A DNA stretch of 64,000 nt from Callorhinchus milii (Eukaryota), in NCBI RefSeq assembly GCF_018977255.1, contig NW_024704742.1, forward strand, positions 81,904,001-81,968,000, read 5' to 3'. Below the pieces are notes generated by a model that saw only the letters and a program-made list of their open reading frames with translations, did not search any database and was not told the DNA's origin. Positions 39,656 through 52,728 of the stretch are shown piece by piece; within the stretch, counting starts at the first letter, position 1, and the number at the start of each line of letters is the position of its first letter. The position numbers were made by a program, and so were the translations under genes.

Positions 39656-40874
39656 CTTGAATGAAATATCCTTACTTTGCTGGTTGAGAGGGTCCTACAT
39701 ACAATAAGCTTCGATAGCACTTCAGGCCAGATCAGGGTGAAAAAACAATCCATGAGACAATAAAATGTTATACTGGTTTAGTAAGGAGTGATTCGCTGAA
39801 ACTTTAAAACATGTCGGTGGATTAATGTAGTTGAAGCTTGATGATAAATATGCATCCAACCTTGCAATGCCGAGTGCTGAAAAATTAGCATAAAAGTTAA
39901 AAATATTCAATAGGATTCCTCATCTTCATTTACCTAAAAACCCAGAGGAAACAGTGAGCATAGTCATAATTCAGCACAGAATCATATTAGAGCATAACTA
40001 AAAATTTTGACAAATAATCATTGGAGTCACAAGATTTAAATTAAAGTCTTGAACTACTCATATTTCTGTACATAGAGTCTGGAACTCATTCTAAGTTTCT
40101 GTTCATGTAGATGGGTCCGAAAAACACAATAGAGAGGCACGAGAGGAATGGCTTTGAATAGCCTATATATTAAATAGAAACATTGACCTCAAAACTGTCA
40201 ACAATATAGGCTATGATGACAACTGGGCACAGGGAGTGATTTATTTAAGTTGCTGGTTGGAAGGCATTTTGAGTAAATCTTTATCTCTGCTTACACTTTT
40301 ACAAGCAAAGTGATATCACTTTCAGCAATAGAGCAATGCCTGATTTATAACTCCTGCTCCGCATTGCACCTCATATACTCAGAATTCTGGCATTGCTTGT
40401 TATTTATTTTAAGCATTCTTGTGCCAGGTAAAGGAGAACTGGAATTGACCAGCTGTATTCATGCTGTGATGGTACAAGAAAGAGCTGCCAAATCCATCTC
40501 CTCAAGGTGGTCTCAGCAGTATGCGGTCCAGCCCTGACCTCTTCCAATTCACCCTGCTCAACTCTAATTATATTACTCTTTGACTGCAAAACACACTCGA
40601 TATAGATAGTTTTAGGCACTGGAAGGAACAAAGGTCTTCTTATCATCCAGGTTAACAACAAAAGTGAACCCCAGATATGTTGGTAAAAAATATTTTAAAA
40701 TGTTCTAAATAAAAGTAGACCAATGATACAAAGCACCAAAGTATCTTAACAGAAAAGTATGGAAGAGATAATTCATGGAACTACAATATTTCACCTGTGG
40801 AACAGAGGATATGACATCCCCTCTATCTGCATTGATTCTGGTCATTGGGTTTTATGATGCAGAGTTTATTAAGA

Positions 40875-41262
40875 TCATAATCCTTGCATTTGATATGGTG
40901 CCCTACCTATTATGCTAAACCATCTCAAAATACTTTTTATCTGAAGTATAGTGATTATTTATTTGTAGGCAAATGCACCTGCCAATTTGTACGTAGAAAT
41001 GTCCCCCTAAAATGAATGATGAATATTGTTGGGAGAAACACCCTTCTCTTTTTGATCACTGCCATGAGATTTTTAATATTCAACTGAACAGGCAGGTAGT
41101 TTAACATTTCATGTGGAGGACAGCAACTCCAACAATACAGCAACTCCAAAACTATTATTGCACTGATCTGTTATCCTTGACTGCAATCTCAAAGCTCCAT
41201 TGAGAGTTGCATCCACAGCCTTCTGATCCAATAGTGAGAGTGCGACCAATTGAACCAGGGTG
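40875..41262 (-). mobile_element. Deu-domain SINE, decayed
   Basis: Reverse-complement tail AATCCTTGCATTTGATAT and body similar to 11890-12300. Confidence 0.55.
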
Positions 41263-42099
41263 ATGAGCAACAGTACATTGGTTTAACATACCTCACAAGA
41301 CTATAAGATGGGTTTGGATGAAGATGGCTTTCCAGCCCATTTGATCTCATTCCCCTGGAATACCCACCCTACTATCTCCCATCACAGTATTAAGCTGCTT
41401 TTTAAATTGGTTCTATGTCGTGGCCTGGGCCACCCATCCTGGTAATTTTTTCCACTCAGTAATTAGCCTCTAATATATCCTCAATGTATTGTAAGCAGAC
41501 GCTGCCTCCCCCTTGACATCATTCTCAGTGGCAACATCCATCAAGTCAGGCCAGCAATATTGGACTTGCAACTCAGTTATTTTGCCTGCAAGTAAGCAGG
41601 ATACCTGTTTCTTGAAGTATCTGTTCCGTAAGCCACTAACTACAGTTGGAATGTGTGAGCTGGAGTTCCAATGCTGTAACATAGATATAAAGGAGGGTAG
41701 AAGTACAATAACAAATGGAAGAAAATTGAAGGCATTGTTAGCATGACATTTGAAGGGGAAAATTTATAAGTGTTTCCTGCTGATGCATTTGCATCTTGTA
41801 CTTTTTTTAAGATTAGATGCATGTGTGAGGAACACCCTCTTTTGACAGGAGTGACCAGTTTAGCAGCATGACTAATTACATTTATTGACTGAAAACAAAT
41901 TTTGTGCAGTCAGATTGATTTTTTTAAAAGGTACCAAATTAGAGAACCATCACATCAATAACTCTCTAACTGCCGCCTGACAAGACAATTATCCTTATTT
42001 GTCTGTTAATGTGGTTTGTAACTAAAATGTCTTGCATTTCTTAAGGGCGAATCCAGTCTTTATAAGTTGTGAATGTCATGCAAAAAAAAACAAGTCAAA

Positions 42100-42970
42100 A
42101 TAGTATGAGGCAGCAATAAACAAGGGAAACAGGATGCTGGGCTATAAAGCTACATTAGGGGGATTTAGATCCCCAGACATCATGCTGGACTGTACATTGC
42201 TCTGATCATACCGTACTTTGAATACTGCAAGCCGTTCTGTACACTGTGACATAAGAGTGTTGCCTTGAGTCAGTGCAGAGGAGAGCAACAGGATTATCCC
42301 AATGTTGGAGAATTGGGCTATGGGCAAGGATTAGACAAGCTCGGGTTCTTCAGTCTTAATAATAATAATAATCCTTGCATTTGATATAGCGCTTTTCACA
42401 TCGGGCGGACGTCCCAAAGCCCTTCACAGAATACTCTAAAGTGAAATGACTGTATATTTGTGGGTGAACGCGGCAGCCAATTGTGCACAGCAATGTCCAA
42501 CAAACAATCGTAGATTGAAAATGACCAATTTAATTATTGTCTTTGGTTTTGGAGGGATTATTATTAGGCATGTGGAGTAAGGAAACTTGCCCAAGGTTTC
42601 GTCCTGCCTGGAATTGAACTCAGGTCTTGAGAGAAGGTAAGTCAGAGGGGACCTTATAAAGGTACATCGAATTTTAAATGGGATTGAAAAAGTAAATCCA
42701 GATCATACCTTAGGCTGCAACAAGACCACAAAACATGAGCCCACAGGTTTTGAGTTGTAAAGGGCAATTTCAAGATAGAAAACAGGAAGTTTTTTTATTA
42801 CTCAGAGGGCAATCAATGACTGCAATATTTGCCAGAAAAGGTGGTTGAGGCCAGGACACTCGACTGATTTTAAAAAGCAGTTTAATGCTGTGATGGGTGT
42901 TGTGGAAATAATCAGATTTTATGGGCTGAAGGGCTTTTTTCATCCGGACCAATCTTGTGACCTTGTGAAG
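42100..42970 (+). mobile_element. Old CR1 3' fragment split by a SINE
   Basis: RLDKLGFFSL|ERR...RGDLIKV rejoins across the SINE at 42358-42623. Confidence 0.65.
42358..42623 (-). mobile_element. Young tRNA-derived SINE, short variant, 5'-truncated
   Basis: Reverse complement of about 17210-17484; GTCTT repeated at 42353-42357 and 42624-42628. Confidence 0.88.
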
Positions 42971-43486
42971 TGAGTTGTAATAAACTACTTGTTGGTAAAT
43001 TACCTATTATTTAGCAACATTTAAGTTCCAAAAAAGTAACAGCCAGCTGGTTACCTGCAAAGAATATTCATCTGGATAAGGATGCAAAGGATAAGGTGTT
43101 CAGACTGAAACACAGGAAGCTTTACAATGGAGAAAATAAATTGAGTTAACTTGGAAATCAATTGGACGGAATGAGAGTTTTTAAAATGGGAGAATGAGCC
43201 CAGCATCATACATGCCACTGTCCAGATAAAAACCTAAGTTCTCCTAAATTTATTTTGTCCAGGTAGTTTCAGGAATGGGAGTCCTGCTCCTTCTGCACAT
43301 TTGTGAAAAATGGGTGGCAAAATCACAGCAATTTGAAACCAAACATTCAGTCTAAGCACAGCATTGAGTGCACATACAGTAAAGCCACTGCCCTTCTTAT
43401 TGTTGATTGCAGCGTGCAAGAACTGGCAGTAAAGAAATGCTTACTGTAATTACCAGCTGTTTGCAAGGTCCACACTATTCATAGAT

Positions 43487-43622
43487 TCATAGATTCATAG
43501 AATGCTACGGCACAGAAGGAGGCCATTTGGCCCATCGAGTCTGTGCCGGCTCTTTGACAGAGCAAGTCACTTTCACTAACCCCAATCACCAGCTTTCTCC
43601 CCATAACCCTGCAAACCCGTCT
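43487..43622 (-). mobile_element. CR1 3' UTR with octamer tail
   Basis: (TTCATAGA)x3 followed by the reverse complement of the CR1 3' UTR. Confidence 0.8.
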
Positions 43623-44099
43623 ATTAAACATGGCTTTTATACAGACAAGTTTGCAAAACACGGATTAAAACAAGTATTTCTGTTTAAAACAGAAAGTCTG
43701 CAAGTCTGTAATTGTGGTTTATGGATGCAAAAGAAATTTCTTGCTGTACTATTGGCTGGTAACATGTTCCACCCAGGAAGCTTCTTTTGATATCTTAGAG
43801 CTCTAATTCCCCACATAGTTTCAATTGCTCTTTACTGAAGCCAGTCGAATGCTCAATATTCTTTAGCAGGTAAGGTGATACAACCAGCGCACAATATCTC
43901 GTGATCCATAATGATTTATTAGGATGATATCAGGGAAGAGTGGTTTGGCCTATTAGCTCTCCGGGACGCTACCCCGCATGAAGGGCGCTACATATAGGCA
44001 AGTTCTTGCTGTTGTTGTACTAGCAGACACAGGAGGAAAAGGAAATTTTTCATTGTAACAAATCTGGTAGAGGTGCTTTTGCTAGAGTCAATAGGGAGA

Positions 44100-46185
44100 A
44101 CAGATTTACAAGAATGGTACCAGGAATGAGGGACCTTGATTATGAGGAAAGGCTAGAGAGGCTGGGATTATTCTCATTGGAGCAGAGAAGGTTACGAGGA
44201 GACCTAATAGAGGTCTTCAAAATCATGAGAGGTCTTGATATGTTAGAAAGGGAAATACTGTTTCTACTGGTGGGTGTGTCGGTGACTTGAGATCAGAGAT
44301 TCAAAATAGTCTCTAAAAGAAGCAGAGGGGAGGTGAGAAGAAATGTTTTCACCCAGCGAGTTGTTCGAATCTGGAATGCATTGTCTGAAAGGGTGGTCGA
44401 GGCCAATTCGATAACTACTTTTAAAAACATGGTGTCCTCTGAACTCCTCTTCCTCTGGCCTTCAACCCTCACTGATCCCTCTTCTCCTCTCACCCTCCTC
44501 CACATATCACAGACATCGTCAACCTGTCCCTCTCCTCTGGCTCTGTTCCCATTCCCTTAAAAACTGCCACCATCACTCCCACTTTGAAAAAACCCTCCCT
44601 TGATGCATCGCAGCTATCAAGCTACCGGCCCATCTCCAACCTCCCCTTCCTGTCCAAGGTCCTGGAAAGAGTTGTCGCCTCCCAGCTGCGCTCTTTCCTC
44701 TCCACCCATTCATTATTCGAACCCCTTCAGTCGGGTTTCCGTGCTGCCCATAGCACAGAAACTGCCCTGGTCAAGGTCACCAATGACATCCTGACCATCT
44801 GTGACCAGGGCTCCCTCTGCCTCCTCGTCCTCCTCGACCTATCGGCAGCATTCGATACGGTCGACCACGCTATCCACCTCCACCGCTTGTCCTCCCACCT
44901 CAACCTTCAAGGCCCTGTCCTTGAGTGGTTTAGGTCGTACCTCTCCCACTGTCTTCACTCTGTTTCCACGAATGGTTTTTCCTCCGGCCCCCGCACTGTC
45001 TCGTGCGGTGTCCCTCAAGGCTCTGTCCTCGATCCCCTCCTCTTCACCCTCTATATGCTCCCCCTTGGTGACATCATCCGCAGACATGGGGTTAACTTCC
45101 ACATGTATGCGGATGACACCCAACTCTACCTTTCCTCCTCTACCCTCAACTCCACGACCACCGATGTCCTGACAGCTGCCTGTCCGACATCGAGTCCTGG
45201 ACGAGAGACAACTTTCTTCAGCTCAACGTGCGCAAAACTGAGGCCCTCCTGATTGGCTCACGTCAGCGCCTCCGCACCTCAGGCGCTGACAGCATCAGCA
45301 TCCAAGGCTGCACTCTCCACCTCTCAAAGCCAGTCAGGAACCTCGGGTTCTGTTCGACCCTGAGCTGTCCTTTCTCCCTCATATCCGCGCCACAACTGGC
45401 ACCGCCTTCCATCACCTCCGGAATATCGCCAGACTACGGCACTACCTCACCCCTCACGCTGCTGAAACCCTGGTCCACGCCTTTATCACCTCAAGGCTGG
45501 ACTATGGGAACTCTCTCCTCGCCGGCCTTCCCGGCACCTCCCTCCACAAGCTGCAGGTCATTCAGAACTCTGCAGCTCGTGTACTGTCCCGCACCAGGCT
45601 TCGGGACCACATCACTCCCACCCTCGCTCGCCTCCACTGGCTCCCCATCCCCCAGAGGATTGATTTCAAGATCCTCATCCTCACCTACAAGGCCATTCAT
45701 GGCCTTGCTCCCTCCTACCTGTCCGACCTACTATCCCCCTACCTACCTGCCCGTACCCTCCGTTCCTCTGGCTCCGGTCTGCTCCACATCCCCCGCCCCA
45801 ACCGCCCTACCATCGGTGGCCGGGCCTTCAGCCTCTCAGCCCCTAGGCTCTGGAACTCTATCCCCCAGTGCCTTTGCCTTGGTTCCTCCCTTTCCTCCTT
45901 CAAGGCCGGTCTCAAGACCTTTCTCTTTGACCGTGCCTTCAGCTCCCCTCTCGACTCTCTACCCCCTCCTCGCTCCCTCCCTTTCCTCCCCTCACCCTGA
46001 CCATTTCCCCCCTGCTCGGGTCCTGGCCCAACTGTACAGCGCCTTGGGACGTCCTCCCAACGTGAAAGGCACTCTATAAATGGAATCTTGTTGTTGTTGT
46101 TGTATTTGAGGAGGTCGGCTTTGCAGGGTTATGGGGAAAGGGCTGGGGAGTGGGATTGACATTACATTGCTCTTTTCATGTGATC
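44100..46185 (+). mobile_element. CR1 3' fragment interrupted by a young L2
   Basis: YEERLERLGLFSLEQRRLRGDLIEVFKIM and FTQRVVRIWNAL up to about 44428; CR1 3' UTR resumes at about 46103. Confidence 0.85.
44430..46102 (+). mobile_element. Young L2 LINE, 5'-truncated (RT domain to tail)
   Basis: ORF 44584-45252 with [47 protein letters not shown]; two frameshifts downstream; (TTG)n tail. Confidence 0.95.
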
Positions 46186-47327
46186 TTATGTGATCTGCTT
46201 AGTCCAAATTGGTTTCCATGTTGTACTACAAATACGCAGTTACTGTACTTTATAGCAATTACTTGTGAGGTCCTTTTTGACATGGAAAATACTACATAAA
46301 ATGCAAGGATTATTATCATTAACTTAATTTACTAAACTCTCTTAAATTTAAGATCACCATTTTATTTCTGTCTAGTTGTATCCGCTGCAGGTACGCTTAT
46401 AACCAAAGGATCCAATCTAGAATATAGATTGACACAGAGACAGACCCCCAGACAGACACTTCATCTTTATCTATTTTCATCTAGGAGGACTCCTTTGAGA
46501 GGACTCTTTTTAGGACTCAGAGGAAGTATTCAGCGCTTTAAAAATTTAATTTTGTTGTTGTTGCGTGGCTTAGCTTTGTCTGTGTTCTTTATTTTGTTCC
46601 CGCCACTTGGTTATGTGCGTGCTCTGTGACGCAGGATGCCAAAGCCCCACGGTCAGCTGGTATGGCCACCAGGTTTAACTGCAATGTATGCATCCTTATG
46701 AATGTGCTCTGTGATGCACGAATGCGCAGCGCCATTTTGATTCGTTGGCCACCAGGTGTAACCGCAGCGAAAAATGCAAAACTGAAAATAATTCATGAAC
46801 GATAGGAGATACCTGAAAACAAAAATATGCCAATATCACTCCCAGGTGCAAGACCTTTCCGATGAGGTATAGATCATGTTGCAACGTGAATTAGTTATTA
46901 AGATCTTATCTTTCTTGAAGAGCAGACAGACATTTTTTGGTCAGACACATGCAGAAAGCCATGCTTAAGAGTATCCAAACCAGACTGAGATTTCTATGCA
47001 TTTGATCTAGATGTTGAAATGTATCAAGTTGCCATCCTAAGTGTGAGATAAACAAACCAGAGAAGTATTTGGTTACCATTCTACAGAAACAATATTATAG
47101 CAATTGAGAGAGTGCAGTGTAGATTTACTAGGATTCCAACAGGGAACAGTGGATATAGTTATCGAGAAAAATTGGACAAATTGGAGCTGTTTTCTCTGGA
47201 GGTGAGACAATTGAGAGAAAATCGTGATAATGGTGTTTAAAATTATGAAAGGGTTTGATAAGTTTGTGTCCACTTATTGGTGTATCCAAAACAAAGTTGC
47301 ACAAATATAGATCTAGAAGTTAGTTTA

Positions 47328-47465
47328 CAATCATAGATATTACAACACAGAAAGAGGCCATTTGGGCCATCGTGCCTGTGCTGGCTCTTTGGAAGAGCTA
47401 CCCAATCACTCCCACTCCACCACTCTTTCCCCATATCATTGCAATTTTTTTCTTTTCAAGTACCT
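47328..47465 (-). mobile_element. CR1 3' UTR fragment
   Basis: Matches 43500-43620. Confidence 0.75.
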
Positions 47466-48369
47466 TGGAGTCCTTTTCAAGTACTTTTCAAGTACCTTCA
47501 AGTAGAGAGTATCAGAAGCTAAGGAAGAAGCTAAAGAGTAGGACTTCAAAGGTGATGATCTCTGGATTACTCCCAGTGCCTCATGCAAGAGTAAGTATCA
47601 AAACAGCAGGATGAATGCATGGCTGGAAAAATGGTGCAGAAAGGAGGATTCAGGTTCCTGGGGCAGGTGGTACTTCTATAAGGTGGATGGGTTAAGCCTG
47701 AACAGTTTGGAACCAATGACCTCACAGGGAAGTTAACGAGTGCTATGGAGTAGGGTTTAAACTAATTTTGAAGGGGGAAGGAATCAGGATGTAGGATCAG
47801 AGAGAAGAAACAAGTTACATAGAGGACTGGGACAGACAAATAGCAATGCAGTGAGGAGTAATCCAGAAAAGGAGGCATTAGATAGGGGGAAAATGCAGAT
47901 CAGACTAAGTTGGTCTAGGAGTGCATGAGCGCAAATGTATGGAGTGTGACAAATAAGATTGGTGAGCTGCAGGCTCAAGTTGCCACCTGGGGTTATGATG
48001 TAGTGGCAATAACGGAGACCTGTTACTCTGGTAGGTGTATATACTATAGACCACCAAATAGTGGGATGGAGATAGATGAGCAAATCTGTAAGCAGATTTC
48101 AGAAATTGCAAAACCAATAATGCAGTGATAATGGGGGACCTCAATTATCCTAACATAGACTGGCAAAATAGCAGTGTAAAGGGCAAGGAGGGGGAAGGAT
48201 TCCAAAAATTTTTTGCAGGATAACTTTCTGGATGTGTATGTTTCCAGCCTAATGAGGAAGGAAGTAGTGCTGGATCTATTTCTGGGAATTGATGTGGGTC
48301 AAGTGGAGCAGGTTTCAGTAGGAGAGAATCTGGACAACAGTAATCATAACACCATTAGGTTTGGAGTAC

Positions 48370-48595
48370 AATAACAACAAAATCACATTTGTATAGCACC
48401 TTTCACATTGGGAGGATGTCCCAAAGCGCTGGACAGACAGAGTTATGGACCCGAGCTGGAAGTCAGGGTGGGGGAGGGCGTGGGGGAAGCAAGGAGATCG
48501 AAAGCATGGTTGAAGAGGAGGATCTTGAGATGGGTCTTGAAGGTGGCGAGGGAGGGGTGAGACAGAGGGCTTGTGAGATGGAGTTCCAGAAGGTG
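48370..48595 (-). mobile_element. L2 3' end inserted in CR1
   Basis: GTAC duplicated at 48366-48369 / 48596-48599; removal restores IRFGVLMKKDKEQ. Confidence 0.85.
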
Positions 48596-48762
48596 GTACT
48601 TATGAAAAAGGACAAGGAACAATCAAATGTGAAGATACTCAACTGGAAGACGACTAATTTCTGTGTGTTAAAAAGGGACCTAGCTGGAAATAAAGCTAAC
48701 AAGGTAATAGGAAGCCTTCAAGGAGGAGATAGTTTGGAGACAGAACAAATACATTGCCACAA

Positions 48763-49760
48763 CAAAAACAAGAAGATTATATTTGTATAGTGCCTTTCAC
48801 TTTGGGAAGACGTCCCAAGGCACTGGACAGTGTACAGCATTTCAGACCCGAGTTGGGGTCGGCGGGGGGGGGTGGGGGGAAGGGAAGGGGTTGGCCAATG
48901 GCATGGTCGAAGAGGAGGATCTTGAGGTGGGACTTGAAGGAGGCTAAGGAGGGGGTGAGGCATAGTTATTGGGGGATGGAATTCCAGAGGTTGGGGGCAG
49001 AGTAGCTGAAGGCTCTCCCGCCAATGGTGGGGCGGGTAGGTCGAGGATCATGGAGCAGGCCAGAGCCGGCTGAGCGGAGGAAACGGGCAGGTTGTAGGGG
49101 GTTAGGAGGTCGCAGAGGTAGGGTGGGGTGAGACCATGGAGGGCTTTGTATGTGAGAACTAGGATCTTGAACTGGATCCTCTGAAGGATAGAGAGCCAAT
49201 GGAGTCGGGCGAGAGTGTGGGAGATGGGGTCACGGAGTTTGGTGTGGGAGAGGATATGGGCTGCAGAGTTCTGGATTATCTGCAGCCTGTGGAAGGAGGA
49301 GTTGGGAAGGCCAACAAGCAGGCCGTTTGCATAGTTGAGCCTGGAGGTGATGAAGGCATGAACAAGAGTTTCAGCGGCCTGAGGGGAAAGGTAGTGGCGG
49401 AGTTGGGAGATATTACAGAGGTGAGGGAAGGCAGAGCGGGTCATGGCTTGAATATGGGGGAGAAAAGACAGTTGACTGTCGAACAAGAAACCTAGGTTCT
49501 TGACTGGCTTGGTGATTTGTAGTGTGCAACCATGGAGGTTGATGTTGCCAGAGCCTGAGGTGCAGAGGCACTGGCGCGAGCCAATTAGGAGGGCCTCAGT
49601 CTTGTTCACATTCAACTGTAGGAAATTTGCCCTCATCCAGGACTTGGTGTCCGACAGACAGTCTGTCAGGACAACAGTGGTCCTGGAGTTGAGGGTGGAG
49701 GCAGAAAGATAGAGTTGGGTGTCATCCACATACATGTAGAAGTTGACCCCATGTCTGCGG
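48763..49760 (-). mobile_element. L2 LINE, 5'-truncated, inserted in CR1
   Basis: ORF 48944-49786 (YVDDTQLY...LHWL...FKIL); ACAA duplicated at 48759-48762 / 49761-49764. Confidence 0.92.
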
Positions 49761-51787
49761 ACAAAGGGGAAAGGTAGGGCATCCAAACCTCCCTGGATGA
49801 ATAAGGAAATTGGGATTAAAATAAAATAGAAAAAGGAGGTTTATGATAAATGTCAAGTCCAAAATACAGAAGATAATCAATGGAATATAGAAAGAACAGA
49901 GGAGAACTGAAAAAGGAATTAAGAGGGGCAAAGAGATTGTATGAGAAAAGATTAGTGGGTAACATAAAAGGGAACCCTAAGTTATTTTATAAGCATATGA
50001 AGAATAAAATGTTAGTCAAAGGTACGGTGGGGCCAATTAGGAACAAAAGAAGAAATCTTCTTGTGGAGGCAGAGGGCATGGCTGATGTACTAAATGAGCA
50101 CTTTGCATCTGAAGAGGATGCAGCCAATGCATTAGTATCAGAGGAGAAGGTAGAGAAATTGGATAGGATATGAATAAACAGAGAGGAGGTACTAAAATGG
50201 TTGACAGTGCTCAAGGAAGATTAATCTCCCGGTCTGGATGGGATGCATCCTAGGTTATTGAGGGAAATAAAGGTGGAAACAGAGGAGACTTTGCCACATT
50301 CTTTCAATCCTCCTTGGATACAGCAATGGTGCCAGAGGACTGGAAGGTTGCAAATGTTACTCCCCTGTACAAAAAGAGGCAGAAGTATACACCCGGGAAC
50401 TAAAGTCCAGTCAGCCTAACGTCAGTATTGGGGAAATTTCTAGAGACTACAATCTGGGATAAAATACATTTTCACTTAGAAAAATATGGGTTGATAAAGA
50501 CAGCCAACATGGATTTATTAAAAGCAAATCATGTCTAACAAACCTGATAGTTTTTGATGAAGTTATGGGTAGGGTGGATGAAGGTATTGCAGTTGATGTA
50601 GATTATATAGGATTTTCAAAAGAGGTTTGATAAAGTGCCACATAAGAGATTTGAAAGCAAAATAGAAGCCCACATTATTAAAGGGACATTGGCAGCATGG
50701 ATACAAAACTGGCTGGGAGACAGAAAGCAGAGTGGTGGTGAACGGTTGTTTTTCTGACTGGAAGAAGGTGTGCAGTGGTATCCCCTAGAGATCGGTATGC
50801 AGACCACTGCTCTTTTTTATATACATAAATGATCTGGACTTGGGTATAGAGAGTACTATTTCCAAGTTTGTAGATGATACTAAGCTAGGAAGAGTAGTAA
50901 TTGGTAAGGAGGATAGCAGCAGACTGTTAAAATGGGCAAACACAGACAGACTGATAAAACAGGCAGACACATGGCAGATGAAATTTAATGTAGAGAAATG
51001 CAAAGCGATGCATTTTGGAAAGGAGAATGAGGAGAGGCAATATAAGCTGATGGTAGAATCTTAAAGGGGTGAAGGAACAGAGAGACTTGAGGATTCATAT
51101 CAGTACATCTTTGAAGGTGGCAGGACAGGTAGATAAAGCTGTTAAAAAAGCACATGAGATATTAGGTTTTATAAATATGGGCATAGAATACAAAAGTCAG
51201 GAAGTTATGATGAACCTTTATAAAACACTGGTTAGGCCTTAGCTAGAGTATTGTGTTCAGTTCTGGGCATTATACTTTAGGAAGGATGTCAAGGCATTGG
51301 AAATGGTGCAAAGGAGATTTACCAGGATGGTACCAGAAACTAGGGACTTCAGTTATGAGGAGAGGCTTCAGAAGCTAGGATTATTCTCCTTGGAGCAAAG
51401 AAAGTTAAAGAGGAGGCTTAATGGAAGTTTTCAGAATTATGAGGGGATTCGATAGGGTGAACAAGGAGAAACTATTTCCACTGGCGGGTGGGTCGGTAAC
51501 CCAAGGACACAGATTTAAAATAGTTGTTAAAAGAAACAGAGTGGAGGTGAGGAGAATTTTTTTCACACAGCGAGTTGATCGTCTGGAATGCATTGCCTGA
51601 AAAGGTGGTGGAAGCTGATTAGATAACAACTTTTAAGAGAGAAGTATATAATGATTTGGGGAGGACAAGTTTGTAGGGCTATGGGGAGAGCGGAAGGGAG
51701 TGGGATTGATTTGGATAGCTCTTTCAAAGAGCCAGCACAGATGTGAATGGCCTCCTTCTGTGCTGTATGATTCTAGGATTCTATGAT

Positions 51788-51892
51788 ACCTGTCCAATTC
51801 CCTTTTGAAAATTTTTATTGAATCTTTTTCCACCACCGTTTCAGGCAATGCATTCCAGACCATAATAACTCTCTGTGTAAAAAAAACTCTCT
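51788..51892 (-). mobile_element. Inverted CR1 3' fragment abutting the CR1 tail
   Basis: Minus-strand FFTQRVIMVWNALPETVVEKDSIKIFKRELDRY. Confidence 0.8.
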
Positions 51893-52728
51893 GTGTAGCA
51901 ATGAGTTTAGGAGCAATTTCCTCGTGCAGAATGGTGGTGAGAATGTGGAACTCTCTGACAGACCATATGGTTAAAGAAGAAATCACCCTTAAGAGAAAAC
52001 TCAATGCATATGTTAGGGAGAAGGGGATAGGAGAGGTGTGAAGACTTGCATGCAGTATAAACACCAGAACAGACTAATTATTTTCACGATGTACAGTCTA
52101 TGTAATTCATTTTCTTCTATTGTGCTCTATCTAAATATTTCTTATATTTTATTTTCACTTTGTGGTGTGATTGATATGTATATAGTCTGACAGATTATTT
52201 TCTTTGACTCCTTAGTGTTTGTAATTTGGGGTTTAAACTAGAAGTGTATCTAGGCAAAATACTTGTGTTCGCTTTACACGGTTTTTGTTCAGTGAGCATT
52301 GTTAGGTTTAATAAAATAGTAAAAGGGTTATTTTGTTTGCAGTCTTATTAACACACTATTTCATTTTACACACATCATTCTCTATTGTAATTTTCACAAT
52401 CCTATGAGCAGAGCTGACAGCCAAGAAATTCCACATATGTTAACCCCTTTGACCTCACTTGGAGCATTTCATGACCGAATGTCTGTTCTATTCAATTGAA
52501 GCTGTTTTTTTCTTGCACAGGGAAAGTATTAAAGTCAGGGTGATCTCAGTACATCAAACAACCATATATCATATTGGCACTGAATTCCAGTATAATGTGT
52601 CATCACCCCATCCCAAAGGACTGATTACCATCCAGTGATTTATTATTTATTAATAAAAAAAATGTCAAATAGTACACATAAAATTCTATATTCTTTCATG
52701 TACAGCAGATCCCTGTTAGATACGTTAC

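Larger units (their letters stand above)
47503..51787 (+). mobile_element. Long decayed CR1 LINE (ORF1 esterase 3' part, APE, RT, 3' UTR) carrying two L2 insertions
   Basis: KLKSRTSKVMISGLLPVP (ORF1), YDVVAITET, YYRPPN, MGDLNYPNIDW, PGLDGMHP, KFVDDTKL, WQMKFNVEKCK; ends in ATTCTAGGATTCTATGA. Confidence 0.92.

Noticed and set aside
45228..46079. 283-aa Pro/Ser-rich ORF (and 62373-63215)
   Set aside because: Frameshifted read-through of C-rich L2 ORF2 and 3' UTR
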